Shown here one piece after another: positions 13,588 to 26,154 of a DNA stretch of 64,000 bases. This DNA is from Octopus vulgaris. Taxonomy: Eukaryota. The stretch lies in contig OX597823.1 of NCBI GenBank assembly GCA_951406725.2, forward strand, positions 59,706,001 through 59,770,000. The letters run 5' to 3'. Made by a program: the position numbers and the translations under genes. Under the pieces are notes generated by a model, which saw only the letters and a list, made by a program, of their open reading frames with translations, did not search any database and had not been told where the DNA came from. Numbering within the stretch: position 1 is the stretch's first letter; each line of letters starts with the position of its first letter.

Positions 13588-13623
13588 CATTATGTGTGTG
13601 CGTGTATACATACATGCATATAT

Positions 13624-13697
<74 letters not shown>

Positions 13698-14516
13698 CTG
13701 TGTGTGCCTATGTGCGTGTAATTATATCTACATAGACACATTCACATGCACGCACATACAAGATTGAATATACATTGTCTAGTATATAATTGGTTGCTTT
13801 TTCTCTTCTACAAAAATATATAAATATTCATTTACTTATGCATGCATATGTATATGCACTTAGATTATGACTATACATTCATAGTGTAGTCATAACTGAT
13901 ATTTATATTTATTTTTTTAACCAACATATTTTTGCTACAAGAGTAAATGCAATAGATAAGTTATTGCTAAATTGACAGTAGTTCTAAGTGCAATAACTGA
14001 ATAACTTTAACATGGAATGTTTATGATAATAAAAGGGATTCTATTTATATAAAGAATAAAAGAGAAATGGCTAAAGGAGCATACAGAAAGAGATAAGGCA
14101 GAATTTGTCACTGAGGTTATTTAAAATCAATTTATATAAACTATTACTGGCTATTATTTATTTTTTGTGTTTGAATAATAGATAGAAGTAAGTCATGATG
14201 TACAATGCAATATACTGTCCCCTGTTCTTATTTGGCACTAAAATGTATAACTGTGTGTGAATGCATACGTGCTCATATATATATATCATCATCATCATCA
14301 TCATCATTCATCATCATCACTTAATGTCCATGTTCCAGGCTGGAAGGGATTGGATGGTTTAACTAGTTCCGATGTGTCCAAGGACTGCATCAAACTCCAA
14401 TGTCTGCTTTAGCTTGATTTCTATGTTTGTTTTTATAGCTGGATGTTTTTCCTTACGTCAGTCGGACATATACATATATATACATATGTATATGTATATA
14501 TATATATATATATATT

Positions 14517-14700
14517 GATAGAAATGATAAGACAACAAAATAATGAAAGAGACTTCAATATTATGTAAGTAGAGGAATTTATCTGTAAATACAATATTTG
14601 ACAATTATTCGGCAGCCATGATAAAACTCTGAGTTTCGGATGTCAGGACGGAAACCCACGCTGCCATCTCTTCAGTTATCTGGCCATTGAAAAAATTTTA
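14517..14700 (-). mobile_element. Penelope-type pLTR-like repeat with hammerhead (left arm of inverted pair)
   Basis: 14585-14697 is the imperfect reverse complement of 16499-16610. It is flanked externally by (TA)n and contains a hammerhead core. Confidence 0.7.
14615..14684 (-). ncRNA. Type I hammerhead ribozyme (putative)
   Basis: The minus strand reads GCCA-GATAA-CTGAAGA-GATG...CATC-C-GAAA-CTCAGAG-TT-TTATC-A-TGGC. Stem I is GATAA/TTATC (extended by GCCA/TGGC), stem II is GATG/CATC with one extra C, and stem III is the near-palindromic ACTC-A-GAGT. Confidence 0.7.
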
Positions 14701-14721
14701 ATTTTCATGTAATTCAAAACA

Positions 14722-15714
14722 GGTTGCCCCTGGGAGCTCCTCTATGCTGATGACCTGGCTCTCATAACAGAATCACTACCGGAACTAGAAAAGAAATTTC
14801 GGGTGTAGAAGCAAGGGTTAGAATCAAAGGGCCTTAGGGTAAATGTAGCAAAGACCAAAGTTATAGTAAGCAGAAAGGCGAACTCAGCACACACACCCTC
14901 AGGCAGGTGGCCCTGCTCGATCTGTAGGAAAGGTGTAGGTAGAAACTCCATAAGATGCACCCAGTGTAAGCTATGGATACATAAGAGGTGCAGCAACATC
15001 AAAGGGAAATTAACTGATAAGATAGCTTTCATGTGCTGCAGATGCACAGGGACAATAAACACCACAGATACTCAGAAAACAGATTCCATCACACTCCAGG
15101 GGGAGAAACTAGAAGTAGTTGATAGTTTCCGCTACTTGGGTGACCAAGTTAGTAGTGGAGGTGGATGCTCAGAGAGTATCACCACTAGAATACGAATAGC
15201 CTGGGCAAAGTTCAGAAAGCTCCTACCCCTACTGGCAACAAAGGGTCTCTCGCTCAAAGTGAAAGGTAGATTGTATGACGCATGTGTGCGAACTGCCATG
15301 CTTCACGGTAGTGAAACATGGGCTGTGACTGCAGAGGACATGCGTAGACTTGAAAGGAATGAAGCTAGCATGATCTGCTGGATGTGTAATGTCAGTGTGC
15401 ACGCACAACAGAGGGTAAGCACCCTGAGATAAATGCTGGACATAAGAAGCATCAGATGTGGTGTGCAAGAGCAACGCTTGCGATGGTATGGTCATGTACT
15501 GCGGAGGGATGAGGAGAGATGTGTGAAGAAGTGCCACTCCCAAACAGTTGAAGGTATCTGGGGGAGAGGTAGACCCAAGAAGACATGGGATGAAGTAGTC
15601 AAGCATGACCTCAGAGCGCTGGGCCACACTGAGGCAATGGTGAAGGACTAAGATCTCTGGAGATATGCTGTGACTGCAAAGACCCGGGCTGCTTCCTGCA
15701 CCAGTTCCGCATAG
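14722..15714 (+). pseudogene. RTE reverse transcriptase C-terminal pseudogene with embedded PHD finger
   Basis: RT motifs as above. A C4HC3 pattern (CSIC-x10-CTQC-x4-HKRC-x14-CCRC) lies at 14914-15045, between YADD and YLG. Confidence 0.9.
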
Positions 15715-15833
15715 CCCCTGCCCATTCAAAGTACCTTGGATTCCAGTACATCCCGCTGTGCTTGAGGAGACCTGTTGAGTCAAGTACATGAACATCGAAA
15801 TAAATATCAATGGAAATAGTAGTTGTGATACCT

Positions 15834-16335
15834 GTGCCGGTGGCACATAAAAAGCACCATCCGAACGTGGCCGATGTCAGTGCCGCCTCGACTGGCTTCT
15901 GTGCTGGTGGCACATAAAAAGCACCATCCGAACGTGGTCGATGCCAGCGCCGCCTTGGCTGGCTTCCGTGCCGGTGGCACGTTAAAAGCACCCACTACAT
16001 GTACATCGAAATAAATATCAATGGAAATAGTAGTTGTGATACCTGTGTCGGTGGCACATAAAAAGCACCATCCAAACGGGACCGTTGCCAGCGCCACCTC
16101 AACTGGTTTCTGTGCCGGTGGCACATAAAAAGCACCATCCAAACGTGGCCGATACCAGTGTCGCATCGACTGGCTTCGTTGCCGGTGGCACATAAAACGC
16201 ACCATCCGAACGTGGCTGATGCCAGTGCCGCCTTGGCTGGCTTCCGTGCTGGTGGCACGTTAAAAGCACCAACCGATCGCAGCCGATGCCAGACTCCCCT
16301 GGCACCTGTGCAGGTGGCACGTAAAAAGCACCCAC
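15834..16335 (+). repeat. Tandem array of ~67-bp units in the RTE 3' UTR
   Basis: The core GTGCCGGTGGCAC(A/G)TAAAAAGCACC starts at ~15834, 15901, 15968, 16045, 16112, 16179, 16246 and 16308. A 211-bp higher-order duplication is present (15792 vs 16003). Confidence 0.92.
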
Positions 16336-16498
16336 TACACTCGCAGAGTGGTTGGTGTTAGGAAGGGCATCCAGCTGTAGAAACACTGCCAGATCAGACT
16401 GGAGCCTGGAGCAGCCCCTGGCTTCCCAGACCCCGGTCGAACCATCCAGCCCGTGCTAGCGTGGAAAACGGACGTTAAACGATGATGATGATGATAGC

Positions 16499-16610
16499 AT
16501 TTTTTCGATGTCTGGATAACTGAAGAGATGGCGGTGTGGGTTTCTGTCCTGACACCCGGAACTTGGAGTATTATCATGGCTACCAAATAATTGTCATATT
16601 TTATATTTAC
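16499..16610 (+). mobile_element. Right arm of inverted pLTR-like pair, with mutated hammerhead
   Basis: GATAA-CTGAAGA-GATG...CACC-C-GGAA-CTTGGAG-TA-TTATC at 16515-16575. The core GAAA is changed to GGAA. Confidence 0.7.
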
Positions 16611-16886
16611 ATATATATATATATATAGAAACAAAGTATGGGCATTTAGTTCACAGGTGATCTAAAGATCTAAATGATTAGGTACACTCACTAATCCCAG
16701 CAGCTTTTTGATGTTGATACTGTCCAAAATTAACAATATTATCGTTAAAGATGTGAAAGTGTAATGACTTTTGGGATAGTAACCGATGAGGAAAGGGCAG
16801 GTCCATGTCGTGTTTGTGAATTTTCCATTTGCTGTTTGTTTTGATGGTGTTTAATCTTTGAAACTATGCACATACACACACACACT

Positions 16887-16949
<63 letters not shown>

Positions 16950-18581
16950 TCACACACACACCACACAATATATATATAGCTAGATAGCTAGATAGGGAGA
17001 TAAGTGGATAGATAGATGTATGCATGTACATACATGTATATATGTGCACATACATATACATTCATATGCACACATACATGTATACACACATCTGATATAG
17101 ATTTGTTAGAACATGTGCATGCATTTATGCATGTGTGTGTGTGTGTGTGCATCCATGTGTGCATGTGTGTGCCTGCACGAGTATGTTGCAATATATTTGT
17201 GTTCCAATTCTTACTTAAAGTACTTTACAACTGTGACTTCAGTGCCACATCATGCTGATTACTAAATCTTCTTGTCGAATTTTGAATAAACTTAATCAAG
17301 AAATGTTCAACCTCCCTATGTCTAAACACCAGTAAGTATTTTCTTAAAACGTCTCACAGGAAATTAGACAATAATTAATCAATGATAACAATAGCAAGAA
17401 AATTGAAATTCTTTTTAGAACTACACAAGTGTTTTAGAAATATACTTACCCTTACAAAAAATATAACTATAATAGAAAGAGCTTTATAAATAAAATACAA
17501 TTGTATATATAATCACATGATTGTTTTAAAACTAGCAGCTAAATCTCTCTCAAATATCTTTATTTTCTTTGAAGCAATTATCTTGTGTTTGTTTTTGCTT
17601 TTCATTGTTCAGAGTACATTTAGTGGTATAAATGTGAGCTCGGCACAGTTAGGAACAGCTAGAGACATTGCGTATTTGATTCATTTAATCAGCTATCTCT
17701 CTATGTATCGTGGCTTCATGTTTCTGCTTCTGCTTAAGATTTGATTGGAGATATACAATAACAATAATCACTGATTGAAGTTGTATATCATCACATAAGC
17801 TACTCAATGTACAAATCGAATCAGTTTTAAAAACAAAAAACAAAAAGAAAAATCAAAACAACATTTCCATGTCTTCAGTGCAGTAACAATGTATTTTAAG
17901 TCTTTGGTTTATTGCAAACTGTTTTAAAAATTGAACGATAATGAAACATTGACAAAATACTCAAGCCTAATCCAACAATAAGATACCAGGTTTTGTGTTC
18001 AATTCCATTGTGTGGTATCTTGAGCAAGAGTCTTTTACAATAGCACCAGACCAATCAAAGCTTTATAAATGGATTTGGTTGATGGAAACTGAAAGAAACC
18101 TGTCACACAAGTATACATACATACATCCAGTGATTTTGCATGCGAGCTAGATTACATATACATATGTGTACATGCATTTGTCAGTATATTTTAGTTTTGT
18201 ATTTATATGTCTGTATATGTATGTGGTCTGCGCACATCTATCTGTGTATGTTGATGTATATATGTATAGTTTAGTATGAGCATGTACTGTTGTGAAATAT
18301 TTTAATGCATTTTAATATTTTAATTTCAATTTCCATGTATTAATTATATTTTCTTTATTAATGACAATATGTATTTTAACCAAAGATTCGATGTAAGGTT
18401 TTTTCCTCGACTTTTATAATTTTATATATTTTTTATATTTTTTTATATTTTATATTGAGCTCATTTTTGTTTATCGCTCGAAAATGACCATTATTTGAAA
18501 GGACCAATCAAACAAGTCCATTTTTAAAGGTGTAGCATTTATACTAGTCTTGAGATAGAATTGACATATCGGTTCTATTTT

Positions 18582-18635
18582 AACAAAAACTGTCCGACGA
18601 ATGGAAACGTGAAACTCAGAGTAACAGGTTTTGTT
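18582..18635 (+). ncRNA. Minimal type I hammerhead-like motif (CCGA core) in a Penelope-type 3' repeat
   Basis: AACAAAA-A-CTGT-CCGACGA-ATG-GAAA-CGT-GAAA-CTCAGAG-TA-ACAG-G-TTTTGTT. All three stems pair. It is followed by AATAAA and (TA)n. Confidence 0.6.
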
Positions 18636-18763
18636 GAATTTCTGCTGCTTTGAAATAAAGTATATATATATATATATATATGCATATATATATACATAAA
18701 TACACATGCATACATACATACATACAGACAGATAGATATATAGTTAGATATATATATATTCAT

Positions 18764-18840
<77 letters not shown>
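18764..18840. repeat. (GATA)n microsatellite
   Basis: Directly visible. Confidence 0.97.
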
Positions 18841-19059
18841 CAGAGAGACAGGCAGAAACTCTTTCGCTGAAAGAGTTGTTTAATTTTGTAGCACATGAAA
18901 ATTAGGGTGGTGGAGATGTCTGTAAAATGTAAATAAGGACACTGGTATGGCTGTGTGGTTAGGAAGTGAAATTTACTTCACAACCACATGGTTTTGGGTT
19001 CAATCCCATTGTGCAGCACCTTGGACACATATGCATATAAAATATATATGTGTGTGTGT

Positions 19060-19120
<61 letters not shown>

Positions 19121-19370
19121 CTGACCTCAGTAGTATTTGAACTCAGAACATAAATCCAAAAGGAAGTGAGATATTCTTGCTTTTGTCACCAAAGATTTGT
19201 TCACAAGGCTTTTGTTGACCGTAAGACTGTGGTAAAAGACATTTCTTTAAGGGTGTCAGGCATTGGGATTGAACCAACAATCAGGTGAGTTGTGAAAATG
19301 AACTTCTTAATTGCACAACCATGCATGTGTCAATGATTTACGAGATCTTGTGATAAAAACGTTCACGACA

Positions 19371-19432
<62 letters not shown>

Positions 19433-19679
19433 TTGGCAGCAGCAGCAGCTTAGATATCTCTGGAATGAATATTTCAGTTGTGGTATGCGTGGACATCGTA
19501 TATCATACATCAGATAGAATGATATACAATTGAAGTCAAGTTCATGATATTAAGTTACACACACTGATTCAACTCGTATCAACATCGATTAAAAAAAAAC
19601 AAACAAAAAAGGACTATTATAATGGTGATGATCTTGTTGTTGTTAATTATAATTAAGGACAGTGAGGGCAACTAACAAT

Positions 19680-20250
19680 GCTAATGAGAATGACAGTGAC
19701 AATGATGGAAAAAACTATGGTGATGACAGCCACAACGATGGCAATGACATTGAAGAGGAGGAGGAAAGGGAGGAGGAGGAAGAGGACTAATTATGATTAT
19801 AATGATGATGTTGATCATGTTGCTAATGATAATGATGATGATGATGATTATGACCACGGCAACGCCAATAATGATGAAGATGATAGTGGTGGTGGTAGTG
19901 ATTGGTGGTGGCGGCGTTGGTGGTGGTGGTGGTGGTGGTGGTGGTGGTAGTGATTGGTGGTGGCGGTGTTGGTGGTGGTGGTGGTGGTGGTGGTGGTGGT
20001 GGTGGTGGTGGTGGTGGTGGTGGTGGTGGTGGTGAGGGTGATGGTAGTAGTGGTGGCGGCGGCGGCGGCGGCGGTGGCGGCGGTGGTGATGGTGGTGGTG
20101 GTGGTGGTGGTGATGGTGATGGTAGTAGTGGTGGCGGCGGTGGTGGTGATGGTGGTGGTGGTAATTGGTGGTCTGGTGGTGGTGATTGGTGGTCTGGTGG
20201 TGGTGACTGGTGGTGGTGGTGGTGGTGGTCGGCAGTGGTGATGATGCCAA
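19680..20250. repeat. Compound (GAT)n/(GGT)n/(GGC)n low-complexity tract
   Basis: Directly visible. It is the source of the poly-G/V/W/H ORFs. Confidence 0.95.
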
Positions 20251-20959
20251 TGGTATTTGGTAGCTGTATCTAGATACCTTAACTTTAAAGAGGACAGTTA
20301 AATTTATTTGATGAAAACCATATGAGAAGTTTAAAATTCCAATAATAGACATTATGGACTCTGCAATTGGTAACATTGCTTAATTTAATATATTCTATAC
20401 TTAATGGATACAGCTGTTTGCTGTCAAACATCTAATTTGATTTTACTTACTCTAGATCTCAAAATGATTGTCACTATCATTTATATATACTATTTTTTTT
20501 TTCCTCAGTATCTCATACATATTGTTTGTTGTATCATGAATTTTGGTATATCTATACAAAGGACTAATGAATTCATACAGAACTTTTGTTTCACACTACT
20601 TTAAGCTCTGTTAAATTTTATTTAGTTTCAAAGGTAGATTTTAGCATATTGTTTCATTTTCTGAATGTTACTGTCTATACTAATTACTTACGGTCTACTT
20701 GTGGTTAATATCTTCTTGATTTTCATATTCAGGACAACATCGTCAAGTGAACAGTTCATGTTTCATGAGTTCAAATTCAAGACAGGGTTTTATCTCTTTC
20801 TGCTTATAAAAAAGAAAATACCCATCTAATTTTGTTATGAAAGCATACAAGTGTTTAAATAGGGATAAAATATATCATTTTTGTCAAGTCCCAATTATAT
20901 AGAACAGCTTAAATTCATCCCAAGTAGGGTAATGAAGCACATATAGATTACAATTCTCA

Positions 20960-21380
20960 TTAAGGCAACAAGCTGGCAGAATCGTTAGCTAGCTGAGCAA
21001 AATGGTTAGCAGCGTTTCATGTGTCTTCATATTCTGAGTTTAAATTCCACTGAGGTTGTCTTTGCCTTTCATCCTTTCAGGATTGATAAAAAAAAGAACG
21101 AGCTGAGTGCTGGGATCAATGTAATTGGCTTAACCCCCTCCCCTAAAATTGCTGGCCTTGTGCCAAAATTTGAAGCTAATATTACGGGTCTCCATTGAGA
21201 TGACATGCTGGCAGAATCATTAGCATGCCAGGTGAAATGCTTAGTGGCATTTCATCTATCTTCATGTTCTGAGTTCAAATTCCATTGAGATCAACTTTGC
21301 CTCTCATGCTGTCAGGGTCAATAAAATAACTATTAGTTCAGTACTGAGGCCATTGCTGCCTTGTACCACAATTTGAAACC
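20960..21380 (+). mobile_element. Two SINE family B copies
   Basis: GCTGGCAGAATC...CTGAGTT(T/C)AAATTCC...TTTGCCT(T/C)TCAT occurs at ~20972 and ~21207. Confidence 0.8.
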
Positions 21381-22849
21381 AATTTTATAGTTTTCCAGTT
21401 GCCTGAAGACGTAATCTTTAACAACCTGTGACTTTTACCGACAGCTAAATGTGCCTAGTCGATAAGAATTATTGATGACATATAAGCAATTGGCCAATAG
21501 TTTAACATACTCCTCTCAGCTCGTTAGTCATTAACTAAAATTTGATATTTGACAAGATCAAAGAACAATAAATTAACAGATCCAGTAATATATTGGATTA
21601 ATTACCTTGCAATTTTGTTTTCTTTTTCCTTTTTGTTTTGTCCTATTCTCTGTCTGAGTTGAAATTTGCCTGGTTCAACTTTATATGCCCTCTCTCTAGC
21701 CAATGAATTATGTACCCACTTGGATGTATAGAATGAACTCAACTTCTCACTAAATGTGTGGCCTGTCCTTTCACCAATGCAAGAAATTATTTGACTAAAT
21801 TAATTGTTAAAAAGTCCTGGAAATCACTGATGATCTGTGTCAGTAAAAAGTGTTTATTGATAAAGTATTAAGTATTTTCAGTTTGTATATCATTTAGAGA
21901 GGAATTCTTTTACAAATGGACAGAGTCCTTTGCTGGAGAAAGAGAAGAGAAAGGAATTTTCATGTATCTTTCATTTGTTTTAGTGTAATATTGGCAAGTA
22001 TTTTCACACTTTGACAGTACACAAAAAGAAAAAAAAATGAAGCATTTCTTTTTCCCTGATGAAAGACTCAGTTTGAAAAACCAGAAAATTCTCTTAATGA
22101 TATACAAATTTGAAAGCTTTACACTTTATCTAAATTAATGCTAAATATTGTTTAAAACTTGTGGAAATGTTTCTGTTTTGTCTTTTGGATAACTAGCAAA
22201 AACAACTACATAAGTTGATTCTCTTGAAAATTTTGTGGAATCTCTTAGAAAAAGTAAAAAAAAAATGATAGTTTTCCTTATTAATTTCCATAAACTTTCA
22301 AATGAATAATGATGTTGCAAGAATTAATTATTCTAATTGACTTGTGCTTTATAAAATAAAAAGCAATAATTTATATCAGAATACATTTTAATTAATATTT
22401 TCCAACATGCAGCTCAAATTTAACTCTTTGTAGATTTCCTACAAAAGCAAGCAAAATATACAAATGACTCATGTTTTGGTTTACTAAACTGAAATAGTGA
22501 GTGTAGCATTGTAATTAGTGGATTACCTGAATAAAAAGCAGAATAAAATTACAGAATTAATGATTTTTAAAATTGGTATAAGGTCCCTCCCAGAATTTAG
22601 GAGACTGATAATGCTAAACTAGTCAACCCAGAAACTTCATGAATTATTTATTTAATGCAACAGGATAAAAAATAGTTTCTTTTATTTAGAACACAAAAGC
22701 ATATGGTTAAGATATAGATAAATCAATTAGTTAAGCACTCACTACACTTTATTATCATTTGAGGTAATGAGGAAGTCTTTAGTGGTTGCTTGATTTGCTT
22801 GGAACTGCAGCCAAATCTCTAACTCTCAGTATTCTGTTTGCATTCCTTC

Positions 22850-23870
22850 AGATCACTTAGCAGAACTGATCAAGCAATCATTGGCAGTTTAGATAACTGT
22901 GAGATCTAAGGTAGCCCAGGGTTAATGAACAAATCTCCCAATAATTTTTTCAGACACACTTTCCCATTTCCTTTTAATGATGTCCAACTTCTCTTGTCGC
23001 CTTGCTCTTGCTCATCACTATACAACGATGAAGATGAACTGCTAATTTTTAACAAGACTGGTGCTACCTTAAGAAACCTTTGTTCCTTGGTGCCCCACAT
23101 CACTGGAAGTCACTGGTATTAGTAGCACAGGTAATGAAGCAGATTCATTCACTCCCTCTTTAGCTTTCCTTGAAGCTGTGATAAACGGAATACTAGATAA
23201 ATAGGTGAACAACAGCCAAGGTTTTCATCACTAGGACCTATAATTGCTGGTAATTATAATTATTATAATTATTATAATTAATTATATAATCATAATTACT
23301 GGTAATTATAATTATTATAATTACAATTACTGGTACTGCTCTCTCCGCTGCTAGCTGCTGTTTTTTATTTTGTTTGGATTTTATTCTTTTGGTTGGAAGG
23401 CTCTTACGGTTGTACCTATTTCTCTAAGATCTATTTCCTCCTCATTGCTACAAAACAATGGGTTGGAACTACTTCTTGGAGATCCTGGCTGACTCTATAA
23501 ATCAGTGCAGATGACATTTCAGAATTTTTAGTACCCATCACATCCACTGATGCAGAGACAAGCAAGAGGTGACTTTGTATGTTTACAAACTAGCTTGCAT
23601 GTGTGTAGAAACCTATGTTGGATCTACCAGATGTCAAATACTTCAAATGATATTCAAACATTTTTGCAAAGTCATATCACCTTGCAGTATTCAAGCACTA
23701 GATAGGATTTGGGCTTAGTGGAACTCACAGATACTACAATTTTCTGAATGTTCAAAGTAAGCTTTATTAAAAAGAATGAAAAACCCATCCTGAAATGCTG
23801 GAGAGAGATTAATCATGGAAGTGTACATACATTGTATCTCTGAAACAGTGGCAGTGTCCAAGCTCCTGAT
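22850..23870 (-). mobile_element. Highly decayed LINE ORF1 (gag-like, I/Jockey/Nimb type)
   Basis: The minus-strand remnants FFILFNKALL...VPLSPNPI*CLN (cf. FILTF...V.PYIPNPLRCFNC) and CSNEEEIDL (cf. CP...EKEI) occur in the expected order. Boundaries are uncertain. Confidence 0.4.
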
Positions 23871-23879
23871 GTACTAAAT

Positions 23880-24100
23880 TATTGGTTACAAATTTTAGCA
23901 CAAAGCCAGCAAGTTTGGGGGAGGGCACAAGTTAATTACATCAACCCCAGTGATCACCTGGTACATATTTTATTAACCCTGAAAGGTATGAAAGGCAAAG
24001 TCAACCTCAGCGAAATTTGAACTCAGTACATAAAAACAGTCAACATGTTACTAAGCATTTTTCCCAGCAAGGTAAATATTCTGCCAGCTTCCTGCCTTGA
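23880..24100 (-). mobile_element. SINE family B
   Basis: Reverse complement of the family B body (GAAAGGCAAAGTCAACC...ATTTGAACTCAG...TTCTGCCAGCT). Confidence 0.8.
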
Positions 24101-24399
24101 TATATACTAAATTATTGACAAGAAAATATATGAACAGCATTTGATATTGGGTTATTAAACTTGAAGGAGTTAATAATCAAATGTCAACAATTTATTCAAC
24201 AGCAAGTATTAAAGTCTACATTCATTTTTTAATTCAATTCAATCTTCAATTGTGTGACTCTGTTGTAATATTCATACACTTATGTTACCTATTCTACGAT
24301 TCCATTTTGTTATGCTGTTCACATATACATCTCTCACTTCCTCTCTCTACTCATACATCTCTCATTTCTCTACCAATCTTCCTTATTCTAGGTGTAGAT

Positions 24400-24550
24400 C
24401 CCCGTAACTTAGTGGTTCGGCAAAAGAGGCCGATAGAATAAGTACTAGGCTTACAAAGAATAAGTCCTGGGGTCGATTTGCTTGACTAAAGGTGGTGCCC
24501 CAGCATGGCCACAGTCAAATGACTGAAACAAGTAAAAGAGTAAAAGAGTA
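24400..24550 (+). mobile_element. SINE family A 3' half
   Basis: CCCCGTAACTTAGTGGTTCGGCAAAAGAG...ACAAGTAAAAGAGTAAAAGAG. Confidence 0.85.
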
Positions 24551-25027
24551 TTCATTTCGTCTAGCCATCTACCTACCTTGTTTTCTAATTATCTGTTTAT
24601 ATATCTATCTATCCATCTATTTTTCTATCCCTCTGACTATTCTGACGTCTACCTACCTATGTTTTCCATCTATCTGTCAATCTAGCTAGCTAGCTAACTA
24701 CAAGCTACCACTCTGTCTGTCTATCTAGCTATCTGTCTGCCTATGTATCTGTCTGTGTGCCTATCTATCTAGCTAGCTATATGTTGTCTGTCTGTTTATC
24801 TGTCTATGTATCTATATACTTTCCTACATTTACTGATAACCAGGAAGATTATATTTACCAAACATTTCAGGAAGCCTACATATCTTAAAAAACATAAACA
24901 CGGAAAATCATGCTAATCAGATTAAAATGACTGGAAAATTGGGGAATAAAAAATTGTTGTTCTTCCATGGTAAAATTCAATATTTGTGACTTTCAAGTTT
25001 TCTCACTCATACACGTCAGATTGTGAA

Positions 25028-25293
25028 TTAAATAAAATAAATAAATGTTCCTTCTCGAGCCATGCCTGACTCATAAGGGCTGGTTTCCCAGTTTAAGTGG
25101 CATAGAAATTCCCCACCTGGGCAGGACGCCGGTCCACCGTAGGATTACTCATTTTTGCCAGCTGAGTGGACTGGAGCAACGTGAAATGAAGTGTTTTGCT
25201 CAAGAACACAATGCATCACCCAGTCCAGGAATCGAAACCACAACCTTACGATCATGAGTTCAATACCCTAACCACTAAGCCACATGCCTCCAC
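25028..25293 (-). mobile_element. tRNA-headed CORE-like SINE family D with 11-bp TSD
   Basis: Head GGAGGCATGTGGCTTAGTGGTTAGG...GGTTTCGATTCC on the minus strand. The TSD CAGATTGTGAA lies at 25017-25027 and 25294-25304. The head and core match 61075-61330. Confidence 0.9.
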
Positions 25294-25751
25294 CAGATTG
25301 TGAAATACTGGAATAATATACAGTTACTAATAGCTGGGAAAATAATTCATCCAGCAGACTTCCTCACAGTTTCCATCTATTCCGTTTTATCTACATGTCT
25401 TGGATCAGCCTGAGACTATGATAAAAGTCACTTTCTAAAGATGTCAAACTGTAGTCGAACCTAGGGCCTTGTAATAGAAAAAACATGAACTTCTTACTCA
25501 TCTAATCATGTTGCATCCACAATACTGCTATGTTGGTTTCAAATTTTGGTATAAAGCCAGCAATTTCAGGAAAGGGGTAAAGTCAATTATATCGACTCCA
25601 GTGCTCAACTGGTTCTTATTCTATCAACCCCAAAAGGGGATTTTAGCACAAGATCAGCATTTTCAGGAAAGGATTAAAGTAAATTATGTTGGCCCCAATG
25701 CTCAACTGGTACTTATTCTTATTTCTTTATTACACTATCACACATGGTTCT

Positions 25752-26154
25752 AGTAACACAGGAATGGATGGCTGAAAATTTTCATGATCACATAACCCCA
25801 AACATTTGGCCTCCTAATTCCCCAGATCTCAATCCATTGGACTATTACATCTGGAGTGCTGTTGAGAGAGAAGTCAACGAACACACTCATAACACCTAAG
25901 ATTCTATGAAAGTTGCCATAGTCAGAGTAATGTCCAAAATGAATCAAGACCACTTGATTTGAGCATGTAGATGATTTAGATCTTGCACAGAAGCAGTTGT
26001 TGAAGCTGAAGGTGGCATAATTGAATAACATCATAGAAAAGAAGGTTTATTTTTATCCTCATAGCATTTTATGATAAATGAATTTATTGTCTGTTATTAT
26101 ATACCTGTTTTGTTATAAACATAAATAAATCTCTCCTGAAATATCTTATGCATC

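Larger units (their letters stand above)
14711..16495 (+). mobile_element. 5'-truncated RTE-clade LINE (RT C-terminal half, 3' UTR, (GAT)n tail)
   Basis: A single frame reads GCPWELLYADDLAL (YADD 14743-14754)...FRYLG...AMLHGSETWAV...RLRWYGHVLR...GRGRPKKTW with three in-frame stops (14806, 15430, 15649). The element ends CGTTAAACGATGATGATG. Confidence 0.95.

Noticed and set aside
15834-16335. CRISPR-like repeat/spacer array
   Set aside because: The context is eukaryotic with no cas genes, the spacers are homologous to each other, and the array lies in a LINE 3' UTR.
22055-22090. Hammerhead-like CTGATGA...GAAA
   Set aside because: There is no stem III/UH cleavage site and no convincing stem I.
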